Positions 1 to 14,335 of a stretch of DNA of 64,000 nucleotides are shown one piece after another. The stretch is from Octopus sinensis (taxonomy: Eukaryota): assembly GCF_006345805.1 (NCBI RefSeq), contig NC_043017.1, forward strand, positions 21,266,001 to 21,330,000, given 5' to 3'. The notes below the pieces were generated by a model. It did not search any database. It was not told the DNA's origin and saw only the letters and a program-made list of their open reading frames with translations. Made by a program: the position numbers and the translations under genes. Positions within the stretch are counted from its first letter, which is position 1. Each line of letters starts with the position of its first letter.

Positions 1-98
1 AGTGGCACTTGTTTACTGGCACTTCAGTGGATCTGATCAACTGAACAGCCTGCTCATGAAATTAATGTGCAAGTGGCTGAGTACTCCACAGACATGTG

Positions 99-420
99 TT
101 ATTTATTTATTTATGCGCCCTTTTCAAGCCTAGCCAGACTCATGCGCCCGGTTTCCCAGTTTCTGTGGCGTATGTGTTCCCCCCAGCTGGACGGGATGCC
201 AGTACATCGCAGTGTTACTCAAGAAACAGGAAGAAAGATTGAGAGAAAGTTGGGGAGAAAGAGTACAACAGGGGTCGCCACCACCCCTTGCTGGAACCTA
301 GTAGAGCTAGCTTTAGGTGTTTTCGCTCAATAAACACACATAATGCCCGGTCTGGGAATTGAAACCGCGATCCTCCGACCGCGAGTGCGCTGCCCTAACC
401 ACTGGGCCATTGCACCTCCA
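99..420 (-). mobile_element. Young tRNA-derived SINE (family D) inserted into an older SINE, with 12-bp target-site duplication
   Basis: Minus strand starts TGGAGGTGCAATGGCCCAGTGGTTAGGGCAG (A box), has a B-box-like GGTTTCAATTCCC and ends in a (TAAA)n tail. CACAGACATGTG is duplicated at 87-98 and 421-432. Confidence 0.85.
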
Positions 421-600
421 CACAGACATGTGAACCCTTAACATAGTTCTCAGGGAGATTCAGTGTGACACAGAATGTGACAAGGCTGGCCCCCTTTGAA
501 TTACAGGTACAACACATTTCTGACAGCTGAGTAAACTGGAGCAATGTAAAATAAAGAGTCTTGCTTAAGAACACAATACTCCAATGGAAACTGAAATGAT
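421..600 (-). mobile_element. Older host SINE (its 3' part continues at ~30-98)
   Basis: Body CCCTTAACATAGTTCTCAGGGAGATTCAGTGTGACACAGAATGTGACAAGGCTGGCCCC recurs at 48500-48620 (same strand) and in part at 4555-4600 (opposite strand). Confidence 0.7.
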
Positions 601-659
601 GATTTTTACAATTGTAAGCCAAATACCAAAACCACTAAGAGACATACACATGCACACAA

Positions 660-1025
660 ATATGTGGTTACTTCCCAACTACATGGTTCTGGGTTCAGTC
701 CCACTGCATGGCACCCTGGGCAAGTGTCTTCTACTTTAGCCTTGGGCCAACCAAAGCCTTGTGAGTGGATTTGATAGAGAGAAACTGAAAGAAGCCCGTC
801 GTATATATTTATAAGTATTTGTGTGTCTGTGTTTGTCCGCCCCTCCATCGCTTGACAAACAGATGTTGGTGTGCTTAGGTTCCCACAACTTAGTGGTTAG
901 ACAAAAAAGACTGATAGAATAAGTACTATGCTTACAAAGAAGTAAGTCCTGGGGTTGATTTGTTTGACTAGAGGTGGTGCTCCAGCATGACCACAGTCAA
1001 AATGATTGAAACAAGTAAAAGAATA
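660..1025 (+). mobile_element. tRNA-derived CORE-like SINE (family A)
   Basis: Head GGTTCTGGGTTCAGTCCCACTG, CORE-like GGCACCCTGGGCAAGTGTCTT, internal (TA/TG)n, tail GGTGCTCCAGCATGACCACAGTCAAAATGATTGAAACAAGTAAAAG. More than 10 copies in the window. Confidence 0.8.
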
Positions 1026-1931
1026 TGTAGGGCGATGATAATACACACATACTTTTTTCAGTTTCTGGCAGGCAAATTTTCGCTCATAGTGCTTTTGTTG
1101 ACCCAGCTCTATATTGAAAGACACTTGTCCAAGGTGCCATGTAGTGGAACTGAACCTGAAATCACATGCTCGGGAAGCAAATTTCTTAACCACACAGCCA
1201 TGCCTGTTCCTAATCACACCTTAGAATCCAAAGGGACACAACTAATCACCACAAAGCAGCACTAATTAGATAATTAACAAACGTGCGACAAATGAAAAAT
1301 ATTCTCTTAAAATTGAGCCAGAAAATGCATTGTGATTCTCAGAAACTCTCAAAGGATTATATCCTTCCTTTTATCGAATTTTTATTCTGTATTATTTGGG
1401 GGACAGGTCAGTGTTCTTAGATATTCAGTATTCAATATAAAACTGATTAACATACTGTGATGAGATGAGTTCAAGCAATCAAATATAAATATGTAACTGT
1501 ATATGTATATATATATGTCCATGAATGTGGGTGTGTATATAGACATAGAAATATATAAGTGCACACACACACACATATATATAAGTGTGTATGTGTCCAT
1601 ATAGAGAGATATATAAGATGTGTATGTGTGTCTTTCTGTATGTAAGTATGTATAGGCGATATCTACAAATATTTATTGGGGTAGACAATCTGATTGTTTA
1701 TCAGATATCAAACAGCTGAAAGCAATATCAACAAAGACTTTGTAGTTTGCAAGAGTATATATGTGTGTGTGTGAGTCCTTGCGCAATGCACACACGTCAT
1801 TTCCCTACATATAGATACATACACACATACTGCCTCCTTACATACACACACACCCTGATGTGTATAAATTTTCTCAGTAATCTATATTTTTGCTTCAGTA
1901 AAGCAGTCTATCAATAATCGAACAGTAAGGA

Positions 1932-1964
<33 letters not shown>

Positions 1965-1965
1965 T

Positions 1966-2521
1966 GAGTGAGAGAGCAGTTCATGCCATCAAAGTGACAC
2001 TGGGGTAAAATATACGAAGCCCAATATACCCATTATGACTACCTGTCTGATAAGGGTACACCAGGCACATGCATCACAACCATATGTGCGCGACATGGTG
2101 ATCTCATATCAAGATAAACAGCACATGACCTTGCAGGTGGGGCCCAGTTAGAATTTTCTTCTGGTTGAGTAGCCCATCCCGCTCAAAAGGTCCCTGAATA
2201 AGGGTTGTTTAAGGATGTTGAAAGAACCACCCATGTTTCCAGAGGTGAATTATTCAAACCCCAAAGAATCCCTCTCAACACATGGCTATGATGCTCCCCT
2301 ACTACTTCTGCTCGTGATCAGAGATGCACATATCATCAGCCACTAAGGGACATGCTCAACTGGTTATGGTCAAACAACTGACAAGCAAATCTGTGGTATT
2401 GAGCAGAATATTTGCTGTAGCCCATCTTTTATACCAAGACAAAACAATGTACATGATAACACTTCTAATCAGTTAAGATCAGAAGCCATGAGAGCCACTG
2501 CCTGGTACTGCATCAGGGCAT
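1966..2521 (-). mobile_element. ~555-bp non-coding element flanked on both sides by (ATT)n (family C)
   Basis: Both ends abut ATT repeats. The same terminus recurs at 3114-3265 and an internal part at 27551-27836 (opposite strand). Confidence 0.75.
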
Positions 2522-2543
2522 ATTATTATCATTATTATTATTA

Positions 2544-2773
2544 GGGCAGCGAGCTGGCAGAATCATCAGCATGTGGGGCAAAATGCTTAGCGGTATTTCG
2601 TCTGCCATTATGTTCTGAGTTCAAATTCCGCTGAGGTCGACTTTGCCATTCATCCTTTTGGGGTTGATTAAATAAGTACCAGTTACGCACTGGAATTCAT
2701 GTAATCGACTTAATCCCTTTGTCTGTCCTTGTTTGTCTCTTCTATTTGTACCCCCTGTGGGCAATAGAGAAAT
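2544..2773 (+). mobile_element. SINE family B (tRNA-like head, AAT tail)
   Basis: GGCAGCGAGCTGGCAGAATC...GAGTTCAAATTCCGCTGAGGTCGACTTTGCC...AAGTACCAGTT. About 20 related copies in the window (e.g. 2857, 8690, 9160, 9895, 18515, 18785, 24640, 27960, 33560, 34390, 50590, 52290, 58300, 58600, 60250, 61980). Confidence 0.8.
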
Positions 2774-2796
2774 AATAATTATTATTATTATTGTTG

Positions 2797-2828
<32 letters not shown>

Positions 2829-3269
2829 GGTAGTAGTGGTAGTAGTAGTAGTAGTAAGCTGACAGAATCATTAGCACACCAGACAATATGCTTAGTGGAA
2901 TTTTGTCAGTCTTTTCGTTCTGAGTTCAAATTCAGCTGAGGTTGACATTGCCTTTCATCCTTTCAGAGTTGATGAAATGAGTACCAGTTAAGCACTGGGG
3001 TCGATGTAATCAACTTAGGCCCTCCCTCTGAAATTACTGGCCCTGTTCCAAAATCTGAAACCACCACCATCATCATCATCATCATTACTATTATTATTAT
3101 TACCATTATTATTGAGTGAGAGAGCAGTTCATGCCATCAAAATGACACTGGGGTAAAATGTACGAAGCCCAGCATACCCATCATGACTACTGATAAGGGT
3201 ACACCAGGCACCTGCATCACAACCATTTGTGCATAACATGGTGATCTCATAGCAAGATGAATAGTGCAA

Positions 3270-3530
3270 GATCTTCAGTGTGACACAGTGTGTGACACAG
3301 TGTGTGACAAGGCTGGCCGTTTGAAATATAGGTACATCAGAAACAGGAAGAAAGAGTGAGAGCAAATTTTTGGTGAAAGAGTACAGCAGGGTTCACCACC
3401 ACCCCCTGCCAGAGCCTCGTGGAGCCTTAGGTGTTTTTGCTCAATAAACACAATGCCCGGTCTGGGAATTGAAACTGCGATCCTACAACCGCGAGTCCAC
3501 TGCCCTAACCACTGGACCATTGCGCCTCCA
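3270..3530 (-). mobile_element. SINE family D copy
   Basis: Head nearly identical to 340-420 (CCGCGAGTCCACTGCCCTAACCACTGGACCATTGCGCCTCCA). Confidence 0.8.
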
Positions 3531-5331
3531 TATATGTATATCTATATCTATATATATATATATATATATGTATGTATATATATATATGTATGCATGTATG
3601 TATGTATACACATAAATATATATATATATGTATGTATGTATAATGTAAATAATGAAATGATTTGTTCATTAGTTTATATAGCAACTGATATTTAATTTAT
3701 AATTCATTTAAAACAAGTCAAAATAAGTAAATATTTTAGATTATTAAATATAAATACTTTTCAGGTGGGAAGGAAGCAAGTGGAGAAGGAAGTCTATTAA
3801 TGGAATGCGGATGGTGGTGGTGGTGGTATTAAAAGGGGTGTGGGGATAGTGTGAGGGTGGGTGTCCGGGTGGAATTAAGAAACCACATTAAAACCCCCAG
3901 AAAGTAAAGAAAATAAGCAAAAAACTGCAAAAATGAAAATGTTATATTTTTACACAAATGAAAAACATGTTACTGATTTCCACTAAAAACCAAAAATTAA
4001 AAGAAAAAATAAAACAAAAAAAAAACCCCAAAATTTTACAAATCTCATTTGAATTTCTTCATCGGAAAATGGAGAAAATTCCTATTTCTATATTGATTAT
4101 TCTTGTATTCATTATAAATTAGCGAGGAGCTGTCATTAAGAATTGTAAATTTGGAATGAAGAATACTAGCATTTTATTTTTGGTTATTTTTCAGAAAATA
4201 TTTTGCTAAAAAAGTTGACAGAGAGCTGATAAAAAAAAAAATAAATAAATAAAAAAAAATTTATATCATCATGAGTTAATGTCCACTTTTCCATGCTTTG
4301 TATGCATCAGACAGAATTCATTGAGGCAGATTTTCTATGACCAGGTGCTCTTCCTGTCACAAACCCTCATATTTTTAATAGGCAACATAATATTTTCCCC
4401 CATGGAAGATTGGCAATGAACAACCTTGTTTCTTTGATGATCACGATGCTCATTTATAGAAGACATTATTTCTTGTTTCTCTCGTCCACTCGGTTGGCAA
4501 AACAGAGTAGCACTTGTATTTCAAGTCACCTCCAGTGTGTCATGGTGGATCTCCTAAAAAACTATGTTAAGGGTTCACGTGTCTGTGGTGTGCTCAACCA
4601 CTTGTATGCTAATTCCCCAAGTAGACTGTCTCATTGATCAGATCAATAGGAACCCCCTTTGTTGCAATAGCCAGAGTGCCAGTATACCTTCTATTACAGC
4701 CATGAATTATCTAATACCAATATAAGCGAAATTTGTTTGTTGGAAACTGTGCAGAAGACCCTGGATATATTTATTTAATCTTGCTCTAAATATCAAACCT
4801 GCAGGGACTTTTCTCCAGCTTAGGATCAGAATCAAAATAATTCTATTGCTCTTGCAATGTCGACAATCTATAGAATGCAGGCTGGAGGATTTAATTTTGT
4901 TCCACACAAAAGTTAAAGAAATTTGGTACCAGGAATATTTGAAGATCATTTCTAACAAATATGGTGCTTCTGCAATAAAGTTAGCATTGTGTCTCCAAGA
5001 ATAAAAATCAATATGCAAATAAATAGACAACTGTTGCTATGAAAACCACTGAACAAACTGAGTGTTGGAATGGTTTAATTCTATTATCATTTACATTATT
5101 ATTGTTATTAGTATTTTTTGTTTTTTTTTGTTCATTATCATTTTAGTCAATAATTTTGAATCAACACATTTTATATAAATGTAATTATTGCAGCCTTAAC
5201 TGTATATTTCTCCAAATTGTATGTGTGTCTATATCTCTATGTGTGTATGTATGTATGTACACACACATATGTATACATATATATGTGCATCTAGCCACCT
5301 ATCTATCCAGTTATCTATCTATGTGTATATT

Positions 5332-5362
<31 letters not shown>

Positions 5363-5759
5363 GCATGTGTGCATGTATGTGACAGTGGTGACAGTTGATT
5401 TTGTAGTTAAAAAAGAAACTATATCTCCATTAATGTTTCAAATCCCTCAGCCGCAACTCTTCCCAGAAGTGTCACCATTTTTTTGAGATAATCTAAGATT
5501 TGAACTCAGAATGCACAAAGCCAGAACACAGACTGCAAGGCACCTTATCCTATGCTCCAACAACTCTGCAAGAATGCTAGCTTATCAGATCACCAGTGCA
5601 TTGTAGTTGCACCAATGCTTAAACATCAATAGAATCTCCTCTGTATTGGATTGCTATGTAGTTTGCTAGTCAGGTCTACTGGAGGAGCTTTCTATGACAG
5701 CCACATGTTTCTATAAATCTGTATATTACAATACAAATTTATATATGTGTGAATATATA

Positions 5760-5996
5760 CAAGGGTGGCCAAAATTCACTCGATAATAAATCAAAATCCA
5801 TAAATACTTAATATTCAATTTTATTTATTCATTCCAATTATGAATATTTAATAATTAAATGCTTTAAGTTAAAATCACCATTTTTTTCCAGCATTTTTCG
5901 ATTTATTAGCGAAGTCTCATATAACATAATTTTCTGTTTTAATCTTGTAATTAAATGGATTTTGATTTACTGTCAGGTGACTTTTTGCCAACCCTG
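5760..5996. mobile_element. Tc1/mariner-type MITE
   Basis: TA|CAAGGGTGGCCAAAATTCAC on the left and GTGACTTTTTGCCAACCCTG|TA on the right form imperfect TIRs with TA flanks. Confidence 0.65.
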
Positions 5997-6004
5997 TATA
6001 TATA

Positions 6005-6095
<91 letters not shown>

Positions 6096-6098
6096 TAT

Positions 6099-6282
6099 AA
6101 TGTGAATTTACAAAAAAGAAAACAAAAGACGAAGTCAGGTGTGTAAACAACAAGCAGATGTGTTAGTTTAACACTCGGAAGTGAGAAAGTCTTTTATGTT
6201 TCAAGCCTATGCTCTTTGACAGAAAGGAACAGAAATAAACAGGGAGAGAAAATAGGTTCAGTGGCTAGTGATCTATCATGGC

Positions 6283-6285
<3 letters not shown>
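6099..6285 (-). mobile_element. Penelope-pLTR-like small element (family P2) with degenerate hammerhead-like motif
   Basis: Homologous to 22931-23118 and flanked by TA-rich microsatellite. Minus strand 6226-6191 reads CTTT CTGTCAA A GAG CATAGG CTT GAAAC ATA AAAG. Confidence 0.6.
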
Positions 6286-6325
<40 letters not shown>

Positions 6326-6859
6326 TGTTAATTCATATATATATATATAATGTTTAAATTCTCCATTTTCCTTTTATTATTGTATATTGTGTATATACAC
6401 CCATTGGTGGTGCAGAATATCTTTCTACTATATTGGGTATTAAACGGTTAACCATTGAAAATTGGATGTTTTACAGCCCTATAAAAGGAGCTTGATTCGT
6501 TATATTATATCAACATATATGTGTGTGTGTATGTCTGTATCTGTGTGTGTGTGTCTATGAGTGACTGCATTTGTCACACTCCATCCTTCTTGAAATCCGC
6601 TGTTTATTTATCTCTCCATACAAAACAATAAGCATTTGACTTACAAAATATTCACTACTTGGGTTGACATTTCCAACTAAAAACCCTCCAGGGCAATGCT
6701 CCAGCATGGCCACAACCCAACGATCGAAACAAGTAGAAGGTAAAAGATAACAGATACACATACCCTGCCACACACACTCACACTCAGAGAAATACACCCG
6801 CACCACATGCATAAGCCAAAACTGAAATACATGTTGAAAATTCAGGTTATTCATACACA

Positions 6860-7560
6860 TGTAGACACGTGCATAAATACAGGCATGTATATGAATATAT
6901 ATGTGTGCGTGTGCATGTGTGTATGTGTATACATATATATATATATACACAAGAATATATATGTATGTATACACATGAATATATATGTGTATGTGCGCAT
7001 GTGTGTATATGTATACATATATATATATATATATTATATATATATATATATATACACACAAGAATATATATGTATGTATACACATGAATATATATGAGTG
7101 TGCGCATGTGTGTATATGTATACATACACATATATATATATATACACAAGAATATATATGTATGTATACACATGGATTATATAGTGTATGTGCGCATGTG
7201 TGTATATGTATACATATATATATATATTATATATATATATATACACAAGAATATATATGTATGTATACACATGAATATATATGTATGTATACACATGAAT
7301 ATATATGAGTGTGCGCATGTGTGTATATGTATACATACACATATATATATATATACACAAGAATATATATGTATGTATACACATGAATATATATGAGTGT
7401 GCGCATGTGTGTATATGTATACATACACATATATATATATATACACAAGAATATATATGTATGTATACACATGAATATATATGTGTATGTGCGCATGTGT
7501 GCATATGTATACATACATATATATATATATGTATGCATGTATATACATACATATGTACAC
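6860..7560. repeat. Complex minisatellite built from TA/TG dinucleotides
   Basis: Recurring blocks ACACAAGAATATATATGTATGTATACACATG and GTGCGCATGTGTGTATATGTATACAT, about 6 units. Confidence 0.9.
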
Positions 7561-7968
7561 ACTCATACATGGTCTCTCTTGCATACTAACGCAAGCTTCA
7601 GAATAATGTTTTGTACATTCAAGCATTCATCGTACAGCTGAATGCGCCTATACACACCATCACGCGTACACACAAATGCACTCGCATACACAAACACCCA
7701 TGTAAACATATACACCCCCACCTCATATGAATGTAATGTTTGACTTCCTCAAGAATACATCCACACTCACATAGACACAAACGCACACACACAAACAAAC
7801 ATACATGCACTTACATTAGCATAATGTTTAATAATTTAAAAGTGCAAACACACACACACACTTGCTTTCTCTCTCACACACATATATTGTAAACATATAT
7901 ATAAGCACACTTGGAGACATACACCATAAGCAAACATCTATAAAACAAACACACACACATACACAAGC

Positions 7969-8019
<51 letters not shown>

Positions 8020-8129
8020 AGCATACATTAACAAATAACTAAAATATGTTCACAATAAAGAAATATATATACATATGTATATATGTATGTATGTGTGTAT
8101 GTATATGAATAGTTATATATGTATTGCAG

Positions 8130-8168
<39 letters not shown>

Positions 8169-9534
8169 TGTATGTATATGTTTGTATGTATGTATATATC
8201 AAAATACACAGATGTAAACATGAAATCACAAACACATTCACACAAAAACACACACACACACATATGCTAAAATACACATAAACTCGGGTGGCAATGAGCA
8301 GCCACTCACCCACCCCACCATTCCCACAAACGCCCATGCACTCACTCCCACGCCCACAACCCCATCCTCCCCGCCATAGTACGACCACCCCCCACTCCAC
8401 CCCATGTACTTTATCACTCAAATCCCCCCCTGTTCTCCAGCCTCCCAGTGTCGGCTATTGTCACTGCTGTTATTTGCAATTGAAGTTTGCCACGCATCAC
8501 TTGGTTGCTCCTATTCAATGCTTCTTTGAAGAAACTCTTTACACCTAGCATCATCATCATCATCATAATGACAGCAATAATAATAGTGATAAATATAATA
8601 ATAATAACAACATTAAGGATGATAATAACAATAAGAAATATATTAAGGGCAATAATGATAATAATGATAATGATTTCGTATTTTGGCACAAGGCCAGCAA
8701 TTTCGTGGTGGGTATAAGTCAATTACATCGATCCCAGGGTTCAATTGGTTCTTATTCCATTGACCCCAGGAGGTTGAAAGACAAAGTCAACCTTGGTGGA
8801 ATTTGAACTTCGACTAAAAAGATGGATGAAATCTGCTAAGCATTTTGCATGGCATGCTAATGACAATAGTGATGATAATTATATTATGATTAAAACGATG
8901 ATAATTATATTATTGATAATGATAATAATAATAATAATAATAATAATAATCATAATAATACTTTGCCCTAGGAGTCGGGAAGACACTCGGCAAGAAATGG
9001 AAGCAAATTTGAAAGAAGAAGAAAAAACCATAAATAACAATAATAATGATGAAGACAATAATACTAATAATCTTTTCTACTAATTTTGAGAGAGGGAGAT
9101 AATCAATTTCATTAACCTCAGTGTATGACTGGTACATATTTTCTTTTCTATTCCAGGCACAAGGCCTCACATTTTTGGGGAGGGGCCAGTCGATTAGATT
9201 GACCCCCACTTCCCAGTATGCAACTAGTACTTAATTTATCGACCCTGAAAGGATGAAAGGCAAAGTCGACTTCAGTGGAATTTGAACTCAGAACGTAAAG
9301 TCAGATGGAATACTGTTAAGCATTTCACCCGGTGTGCTAACATTTCTGTCAGCTTTCTGCTTCAATGTACCTTATTTTATTGACCCTGAAAGGATGAAGG
9401 GTGAAGCTGACCACAGTGGAATTTGAACTTAGAACATAAAGATGGACAAAATGCCACTAAGCATTTGGTCTGGCATCCTGACCACTCTACCATTTTGCTG
9501 CCTTGATAACTATAATAATAATCCTCCCTATGTG

Positions 9535-9875
9535 AAGGCACATGGCTCAGTGGTTAGAGTACTGGGCTCATATCATGAGGTTGTGAGTTCAATTCCTGGA
9601 CCAGGCTGTGTATTATGTTCTTGAGCAAGACACCTTATTTCACATTGCTCCAGTTCACTCATCTATAGAAATGAGTTGTGACAATTCATTGGTGCCAAGC
9701 TGTATCTGCCTTTGCCTTTCTCTTGGATAACATCGGTGGCATGGAGGGAGTGGAGGCTGTTATGCATGGGTGACTGCTGGTCTTCCGTAGTCAACCTTGC
9801 CCGGACTTGTGCCTCAGAAGATAAATTTCTAGGTGCAATCCCATGGTCATTCATGACTGAAGAGAGTCTTTACCC
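9535..9875 (+). mobile_element. tRNA-derived SINE family E
   Basis: GGCACATGGCTCAGTGGTTAG (A box), GAGTTCAATTCC (B box), central TTCTTGAGCAAGACAC. Opposite-strand copy at 40790-41135. Confidence 0.8.
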
Positions 9876-10179
9876 ATTTTAATCCTCCCTACTCTTAGCA
9901 CAAGGCCTGAAATTTTATGGTAGAGGGTCTTGTCAATTTCCTTGACTCTGGGACTCAGTTGGTACTTTATCTTATGAAACCCCAAAAGGCTGAAAAACAA
10001 AGTCAAGCTTGGTGGAATTTAAACTCGTAATATAAAGACAGACGAAATGCTGCTAAGCATTAAGTCTTGCACGCTAATGACCATGCACTTTTGAGGGGAA
10101 GGGGAAAAACTGATTGATACTGATAATAGTCAGAGCAACAATTGATAATTCATGATAAAGAAAATGTCATTCTAAATGT

Positions 10180-10209
10180 AGCAGCAGCAGCAGTAGTAGT
10201 AGTAGTAGT

Positions 10210-10241
<32 letters not shown>

Positions 10242-10385
10242 AAGTAGTAGTAGTAGTAATAGTGGTAGCAGCAGCAGCAGTCGTAGTAGTAGTAGTAATA
10301 GTGGTAGCAGTAGCAGTAGCAGCAGCAGTAGTAGTAGTAGTAGTAGCAGCAGCAGCAGCTGCAGCAGTAGTAGTAGTAGCAGTAA
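10180..10385. repeat. (GCA/GTA)n trinucleotide microsatellite
   Basis: Direct reading; source of the poly-A/V and poly-L ORFs. Confidence 0.95.
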
Positions 10386-10869
10386 CAAAAATGGTGACAG
10401 TGGTATTGGTGGAATTAGGGGTAGAGGCAGAATGCTACTTGCTGTGGTGTTGGTGGTATGACTGTTAGCATCAGGAGTGGTGGGCATATGTAGAGATGCA
10501 TATGATAGGAGGGAACATCGATGGCAATACAAACACAGACCATCACCTGTTTATTAGGTTAATGCAGCTTCCATTCCACTGGATTTTGAAAGCACAGAGC
10601 AAATGAATGATTTGTCAACAAGGAAATGTCAACAAACGTCACCAACTCTTCATATGTGTGTCTGCCACCACCATTTGACAATCAGTGTTGGTGTGTCTAC
10701 ACTCCCATAACTTAACAGTTCAGCAAAAGAGAGTAATAGAAAAAGCGTCAAACTGAAAAGGAACAAAAGTATGTACTGGGGTTAATTCATTTGCCTAAAA
10801 ACTATTCATGCTGGTGCTCCAACATGGTCTCAGTCTAATTACTGAAATGATACACATGCACACACACAC

Positions 10870-11008
10870 ACACCCACTTGCTTACCAGCCACATGGTTCC
10901 CGGTTCAGTCCCACTGTGTGGCACCTTGAGTAAGTTCTTCTACTATAGCCTCGGGCCAACCAAGGCCTTGTGAGAGGATTTGGTAAATGGAAACTGAAAG
11001 AAGCCTAC

Positions 11009-11050
<42 letters not shown>

Positions 11051-11246
11051 TGTGTTTTTTCTCCCAACATTGCTTGACAACTGATGCTGGTGTGTATACG
11101 TCCCCGTAATTTAGCAGTTCACCAAAAGAGGCTGATAGAATACATACTATGTTTACAACGAATAAGTCCTGGGGTCGATTTGTTCGACTAAGGGTGGTGT
11201 TCCAGCATGGCCACTGTCAAATGACTGAAACAAGTAAAAGAATAAA
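10870..11246 (+). mobile_element. SINE family A copy
   Basis: Matches 32518-32915 along its length. Confidence 0.85.
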
Positions 11247-11521
11247 AGATTTTTATATCTATACATTATATATGTATGTAATGAACATATATAATATATA
11301 TATTATATATATGTATATTATATATATATATTATATATATATATATATATAATATATATATATTTCATTTTATTTTTTAAAAAAATTTTATCTAGTTTCA
11401 GCTCATGAGCTGTGGCCATGCTGGGGCACCGCCATTTATATCATGTACATATATAATATCTATATATATATATATATCTATATATATATATATAAATAAT
11501 ATATCATGTACATATATAATA

Positions 11522-11605
<84 letters not shown>

Positions 11606-12169
11606 TGGGTGCTGGGGATATATATGTATATAACTACAGACAGACAGAAAGATAGACATATTGATGGCTAGACGGATAGATATATCACACACAATAAGAT
11701 ATATAGAGCAGCAATAAAAATGACTGTCGCCGGTGAAATGTAGCACAACAAAACAAAAGCTAGCAAGACTGATAACACACATGTTCATCAATAAATCACA
11801 CACATAGATCAATTGATCACGATCAGGAAGAAGATGCTGAGCAGACAATTTACTGACAAAAAGAAAAAAAAGATAAAATAAAAACATGACAATAACCAAA
11901 ACAGAAAACAAAAATAATAATAATAAAAAAGCAAGCCAAAAGGTCAGCAGGAATTGTCGAAAATCAGAGACGAAAATAAAGTATCATAGACACACAGCAT
12001 ATTATGGAGCATATGTTGGAATATGTGTGTGTGGATGTGTGTGTGTGTGTGTGTTGGTGTGTGTGTGTGTGTGTGTGTGAGGTGGGAGTTGTGTGTGTGT
12101 ATGTGTTTGTATACATACACAAAAAATACACATATAGAGACATGCAAGGATGTATAATGTGAATGTGAC

Positions 12170-12206
<37 letters not shown>

Positions 12207-12427
12207 GCACACACATATATGCATATAAATATATATACATATATATATATAAGCATGAATATATAAATATATACATGCATAAATATATATCTGTTTTTAT
12301 ATGTGTGTGTATGTACATACACATGTATACATACATGCACACACACACACATATATAACATGTATACATGCATATATATAGATGTGTGTTTGTATGTATG
12401 CACACATGTATACACACACACACACAT

Positions 12428-12477
<50 letters not shown>

Positions 12478-13188
12478 ATGCATGTATCTATGTGTGTATA
12501 TATATATACATTATAAATGTATATATATATATATATATGTATATATATGTATATGTATATGTATATATATGTATATATTAATATAAATGTGTATGCATGT
12601 ATGTATGTATATTGTATCTATAAATATATAGCTTGTAGACACCAGCACACATCAACTGTAAAAGTGCTGTTCTTCTCATCAAGTAGTAATATTGTAGCAA
12701 GTGAACCGTCCAAGACAGTGTCTTCACATTTTAAGATTAGACGCGGGGAACACATTGTTTCTATTGGTTGAATGGATATACACGTGTGTGTGTGTGTTAC
12801 ATCAGTCTGTGTTTATCTTTGCAAAAAGATCATGCTGATAGGTCAAAATGGGGAATGACAATTGTAACACAAAGAATGTCTACACAGTAGCAAAAACAAA
12901 TGCAGAGAAGGGAAGAGAGAGAGTGAAAGAGAGAGAGAGAGAAGGGGAGGAGAGAAAGGGAAGAGAGAGACAGTGCATATCTATGCATCTGTCTATTTGT
13001 CTGTCTCTCACTGTATCTCTGTATATATATATGCATGTATGTATATTTATGTAGTATAAATACACACACATATATATGTATTTATACTACCCCACTTTAT
13101 AAAAATATAATTGCTCTATTTCTCATATTGAGTGTTCTTTTTAACTTTTTAACTCTATATATGTACATCAAATATATATATGAATGTA

Positions 13189-13230
<42 letters not shown>

Positions 13231-13356
13231 TATCATCATCATCATCGATGATGATGATGAATATATATATATATATTATATATATATGCATTATATGTAT
13301 ATATTATATATATATATATATATGTATGCATATATGTGTATATATATATATGCATT

Positions 13357-13402
<46 letters not shown>

Positions 13403-14033
13403 ATATATATATACATACATACATATATACACACACACACACATATAGCATGTATACATTTGCTTGTGCGTGTGTGTGTGCATATATATCATACCTGTAA
13501 CACATAGTAGTTGTTGCTAGATCACACTTACATGGATATTTCCTCCCTCCCTCCCTCACTGTCTGCTACTCCCACTACTCCACATGCTTTCTCCTACAAT
13601 TACAACAAAGGATCACCTCCCCCCACTTTCACCTTCTACTTTTACTACTTCTTTATCTCCTCCACCTTTATCTACTGACATTACTGCTACTTGCTATCTC
13701 AACAATTTTCAAATTTCAATGAAATACAAATTTTTTTTTGGCCACCACTGCATAAATTCACACTGCTGAACACCAGAATAACTGAGGATGGCTAATATTT
13801 AGAATATATATTATATTTCTCATGTATAATGCTTATATAAAGCTGATTCACATTAAAATCAAAGACAAACATGCATGTTTGTCTTCTGATTATATTACTG
13901 GAGTACTAACATATTATTGTAATTAATAGTTAAACCATATTAATGTTATTGATAATATAGATTTATTGCAGATAGGCAAATGTGGAGTTTGTTTTATCTA
14001 TATTCATTGTAATTTAATAAATATTTCTATTAA

Positions 14034-14335
14034 GGTGGTGAGCTGGCAGAAATGTTAGCATGCCGGGCGAAATGCTTAGTGGTACTTCGTCTGTCTTTAT
14101 GTTCTGAGTTCAAATTCTGCCAAGGTTGACTTTGATTCTCATCCTTTCGGGGTCGATAAATTAAGTACAAGTTACGCACTGGGCTCGATATAATCGACTT
14201 AACCCGTCTGTCTGCCCTTGTTTGTCCTCTCTGTGTTTAGCCCCTAGTGGGCAGTAAAGAAATAGGTATTTCGTCTATCTTTATGTTCTGAGTTCAAATT
14301 CTGCTAAGGTTTACTTTGCTTCTCATCCTTTCGGA
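14034..14335 (+). mobile_element. SINE family B with partial tandem body repeat
   Basis: Full copy to ~14265, then the body restarts at GGTATTTCGTCT. Confidence 0.8.

Noticed and set aside
4707-5030. 107-aa ORF in non-repetitive sequence
   Set aside because: No recognisable motif or convincing splice sites on either strand.
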